From Mobula hypostoma (Eukaryota), in contig NC_086109.1 in the NCBI RefSeq assembly GCF_963921235.1, positions 11,780,001-11,844,000 of the forward strand: a stretch of DNA of 64,000 nt, written 5' to 3'. Numbering within the stretch: position 1 is the stretch's first letter; the number at the start of each line of letters is the position of its first letter. Position numbers and translations under genes: made by a program. The notes below the pieces were generated by a model that saw nothing but the letters and a program-made list of their open reading frames with translations, ran no database searches and had not been told where the DNA came from. This document shows positions 59,845 to 64,000 of the stretch, piece by piece.

Positions 59845-62800
59845 CTGTTAGATCAAAAAAGAAACATAATAATATTCAGGTTCTTTTGAGAAAAAGGAAG
59901 TTGAGTTCCACGTTATTTTCACTTGCAATCAGGCAAGAAAGCATGATTGTGAGATGAAACCTTTGGCCTCAGGTAAAGAGCCATTGGGTTCATGAAGTGG
60001 TGATGTTTCATCAGTGTAACTGGCTGCCTGCTCTAGGAGGACAGAACATAGTGTGTTTTATGGTTTTTGAGTTATTTGGACCATGAGCAACACTGAACAG
60101 TTACTGTTGGTTATTTGTTTAAGTCTGAATGCATACCTCTGACACAGTGATATTTCATACAGTTCAGAGGCAGGAAATGCCATTTGGTCACATACAGTAT
60201 ATGGACAATATAATTCATCATATCAGCCATTTTCCATTTTAATTAAAATTAAATCTGTCCTGGTACCATCACAAAGAAGGCACTACAGTGCCTCTACTTT
60301 CTTAGAAATTTGTGTAGAATCAGCATGTCACCAAAAACATTGACAAACTTCTATAGGTACACAGTGGAAAGTATCCTTAATCATTGCATCTTGGCCTGGT
60401 AATGAAACACTAGTGCCTTTGAGCAGAAAAGTTTGCAGAAAGTGGTGAATGCAGCCCAGTCCATCTCAGGCAAAGCTTTCCCCACCATTGAGCACAGTTA
60501 CATGGGGGCGCTGCCACAAGAAAGCACTATCCACATCAAGGACCCCCACCATTCAGGCCACGATCTTTTCTCACTACTGCAAATGGACAGGAGGTACAGA
60601 AGCCTTAAGTTCCATGCCACCAAGTTCAAGAACAAGTTATTACCCTACAGCGACCAGGCTCCAGAATTAGACTGGATAACTACACTCACCACAACTCTGA
60701 ACTGATTTTCCAACCTACAGACTCAGTTTCAATGACTCTTTACAACTGATGTTCTCAGTTTTATTTATTTATTTGCAAAGTTTGTCTTCTTTTGCACATT
60801 GGTTATTTGTCTTTGTTTATATATGTTTTTCATAAATTCTATTGTATTTCTTTATTTTCCCATAAAAGTCTGCAAGAAAATAAATATCTGGGCAGTATAT
60901 CGCAATGTACGTACTCTGATAAATTTTATTTTTGAGTTTGACTTTGAAATGGGATCACCATCAGAACTGGTCAAAGACATATTGGTATTCTTTGTTTAGG
61001 ATAATGAAGGCTGGTCCTAGTAAGACATAAAATCCTACTGGACAATCAGAAATTCATTTAGGTAAGTATAATTACTGTGCTTACTCCAGCAAGTCAGAAG
61101 TGTTGTACTGTGTGACGAAAGACTCAAAGTCTTTGCCTCATCTTCAGTTCAGTAGCCAAGGTTACAATGGAATGCTCTTCATTTGTATTCATGAAAGTGA
61201 TGGAGATTGATACACTCCAGAAGGAAGAAATTCTCTCAACCGTCAGCCCATCTAGCATCCTGAATATTCACACCACCCGCAAACGTTTGACTGTATTTGT
61301 TGTGCATTTAATATTTCAGTAATCTTGTATTTATTGGTTGATGAAGCGTTCTTGTTCTTCAGATAATTCATTACGGGTGACATGCACGAGTATGTGAATT
61401 GCTTGCGTCATCACGTTACCAGGAGATATGTGTGCGCCTCGCTTAAAGGTAAACTCGAAGTTACACCTGCAGTATTGGACATCCATGTCTTTCTTTGAAT
61501 TCGTTTCATGTTTTTAAGTTGCAAAATAAAACAATAATCAAAGATAAGAACAGTAGGCATATGAAAAGAAGAAAATAGTGACGTTGTTTAAAGTGGGATA
61601 GAAGCACATAAGAAAAATAGGAACGGGGTAGGGAATTTGGTTCTTTAAGCCTGCTTCATCATTCAATAGGATCGTGGCCAATCCTTCAAGTTCAGTCCCC
61701 GGTTTCTGCTTTCTCCCCATGCACCTTACTCTATTAATCCCTGGATCTACAGTATATCTCGTTTACTGGGGATGTTTAAAGATCGTCTTCCTCTTGTAGA
61801 TTGGTAAATTAATTTATCAAAAGTTGTCTTGTATATTGTTCATACAGATCAATTTGTTACAACTGTGCACTGAGGTCATGCAAGAGAAGTCAGAATGAAG
61901 TGTTAGAGTTACAGAGAAAGGGCACTGTAGGTAGACAATTCTAGTCTATCTAGCTATTTATTTATTTAGCAATTCAGCGTGGAGTATGCCCTTCTAGCCC
62001 TTTGAGCAAAGCTGCCCCTGACAAACCCAATAACCTGAATCATGGGAAAATTTACAATCAGAAACTAACCTGCCCGGTGTGTCTTTGGACAGTGGGAGGA
62101 AAACAGGGCACCCGGGGAAAACCCATGCATTCTACGGGGAGGACATACAGATGGCGCCGGAATTGAACTGTGAACTCGGGAACACTCTGAGCTGTAATAG
62201 CGTCGTGTTAAGCACCGAGGTCATAATGAAGTAGATTGTGAGGCCAAAGGGGAGAAGAGAGAATGTTAGGGTGACCAGAATCTTTAATTATGCTGGTTAC
62301 TTGGCAGCTGCCTGAACTGCTGTGTGTGCCGTTATCCCAGAACACAACAGAACTCCAGATCAGGACAGCAGCGAAGACACCGAGGATGTGTCAGTGTGAA
62401 AGTTAGCAATACAATCTCTCTCTCTCAGCAACAGGAAGCCTTTCTCCTGTGGTATCCAGTGGTATGACTGTGGGACAGGAACAAGTTGCAGACAGTCCTG
62501 GAAAACTTCAGCACCATACCAGGAAGCTGCCCGGATGTGGGGGTCTGAGATACAAGGAGAGGCTGTGCAGAATAAGACTTTATTCCATAGTTTGTAGGAA
62601 ATTAAGGTACACCTGATAGAGGTGTTTAGTATCATGAACTGCATCATTAGGGTTAAAGCACATAGCCCTCTTTCCAGGGAGTAAGTGCTAAAAGCAAGAG
62701 GACATGGGTTGCAATCAGAAGTGAGAGATTTAAAAGTGAAGTCTGAGACAGATTCTACACACAGAGGGTGGTGTGTATCTGGAATGGGATGCCAGAAATA

Positions 62801-64000
62801 GTGTTTGAGGCAGGCACATCAGCAACCAGATAAGTACATGTACCATGGAGAGCTTTCTAACTAGTTGCATCACAGAGGGGCCACTGCACAGGACTAGAAG
62901 AAGCTGCAGAAAGTTGCAGACTCAGTCAGCCGGCTCCACCTTGGGGCACTAGCCTCCCCTGCATCGAGAAATCTTCAGAAAGGTGGCATCCATCATTAAG
63001 GACCCCCATGACCCAGGACATAACCTCTTCTCAGCGAGGAGGATGTACAGGAGACTGAAGACACACACTCCATGTTTTAGGAGCTGCTTCTTCCCCACCT
63101 CCATCAGATTTCTGAATGTATGATAAACCCATGTATACAACCTCACTATTATTTTTTATTTCCTTTTTCCTGTCTTTATGCACCCCTTATAGTCTACAAT
63201 GGTCAAATAAATTTACATGGTTCGCAGTAATGAATAAAAAAATAACAGTTCCTTACTACAAGAGTAATCTAATTTGTCCAGCACATGAATTGAATCCTAA
63301 AAAGAGAGTAATAAAATGTTTCTTCAACTGTATTTTAAAGAACAACAATTGTGAACCAGAGGGAAAATATATTTAAGAGATTAATTCCACTCTTTCCTTA
63401 GGAGTATTTTGGACAGCATTAGATATACTACTTTTTACAAAGCAAAATGATGTCCTTTGCAATTTGTCTTCATCATTTATCCAGATGTTTAATTAAAAAC
63501 TGTTCTAATTTTGATTTACAATTAGTAATGGGGTTTCAACCATATTGGTAAAAGGCATGCATTGTACCAAAAATTTGAAGTATATTGTTATCAAAGTATG
63601 TATTCAGAATACGACTCTGAGATTTGTCCTCCCAGAGGCAGCCACAAAACAAAGGAACGCCATGGAACACGTTCAAGAAAACATCAAACACCCAATGCGC
63701 AAAAAAATAGAACAAATCATGCAAATGGCAAAAAGCAAGCAAACAACATATAGAATATCAAACATCAAACCATTAGTATTCAGTTTAGTTCAGGGCCCCA
63801 GTCTGCATCGATTGCACCGACCGAACCTCTCAAAAACAGCAAAAATAAAAGTAACCAAAAACCACGAACACATGCAACATAAACCTCAAAGTCCCCCAAA
63901 AGGAGTCCACAGCCTTGGCGATTAATGCTGGCAATGTGCATCCCAAACCCCCGCACTAACGGTACAGGTAGAGTGCAATTTCAAGATCAGTCCTCATCTG

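Noticed and set aside
1-64000. CRISPR arrays, rRNA and prokaryotic systems
   Set aside because: There are no regularly spaced repeat-spacer units or rRNA motifs; the sequence is intron-containing vertebrate DNA.

Overview
Repeat-dense vertebrate DNA, most likely a cartilaginous fish (ray or shark). The taxon is inferred only from the repeat complement: V-SINEs, CR1/HER1-like LINEs and Penelope pLTR remnants. The core is a minus-strand cluster of CD300/CMRF35/pIgR-like single-V-domain immune receptor genes, which the ORF track shows only in pieces. One complete, phase-consistent gene can be assembled by hand: leader 47959-47995 (identical-peptide duplicate at 52126-52162), IgV 41559-41873, stalk 38868-38940, TM 31268-31359, cytoplasmic exon 24553-24599 and terminal exon 18185-18376. 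This gives 756 nt and a 251-aa inhibitory-type receptor with three Tyr motifs. A second, divergent V exon (41970-42277) has an out-of-phase donor. The two leader/promoter modules come from a ~4 kb tandem duplication containing a 473-bp identical tract. An orphan paralogous stalk exon (59775-59844) and the leader exon of a next gene (3268-3307) show the cluster extends past both edges. Introns and flanks hold a near-full-length decayed HERO-type element, an internally deleted hAT transposon with a perfect 8-bp TSD, many CR1/Rex1-Babar/RTE fragments, SINEs, and fold-back Penelope remnants. One Penelope remnant retains an intact minimal (dimer-type) hammerhead ribozyme on the transcribed strand. 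All calls are by eye; no database search was run.
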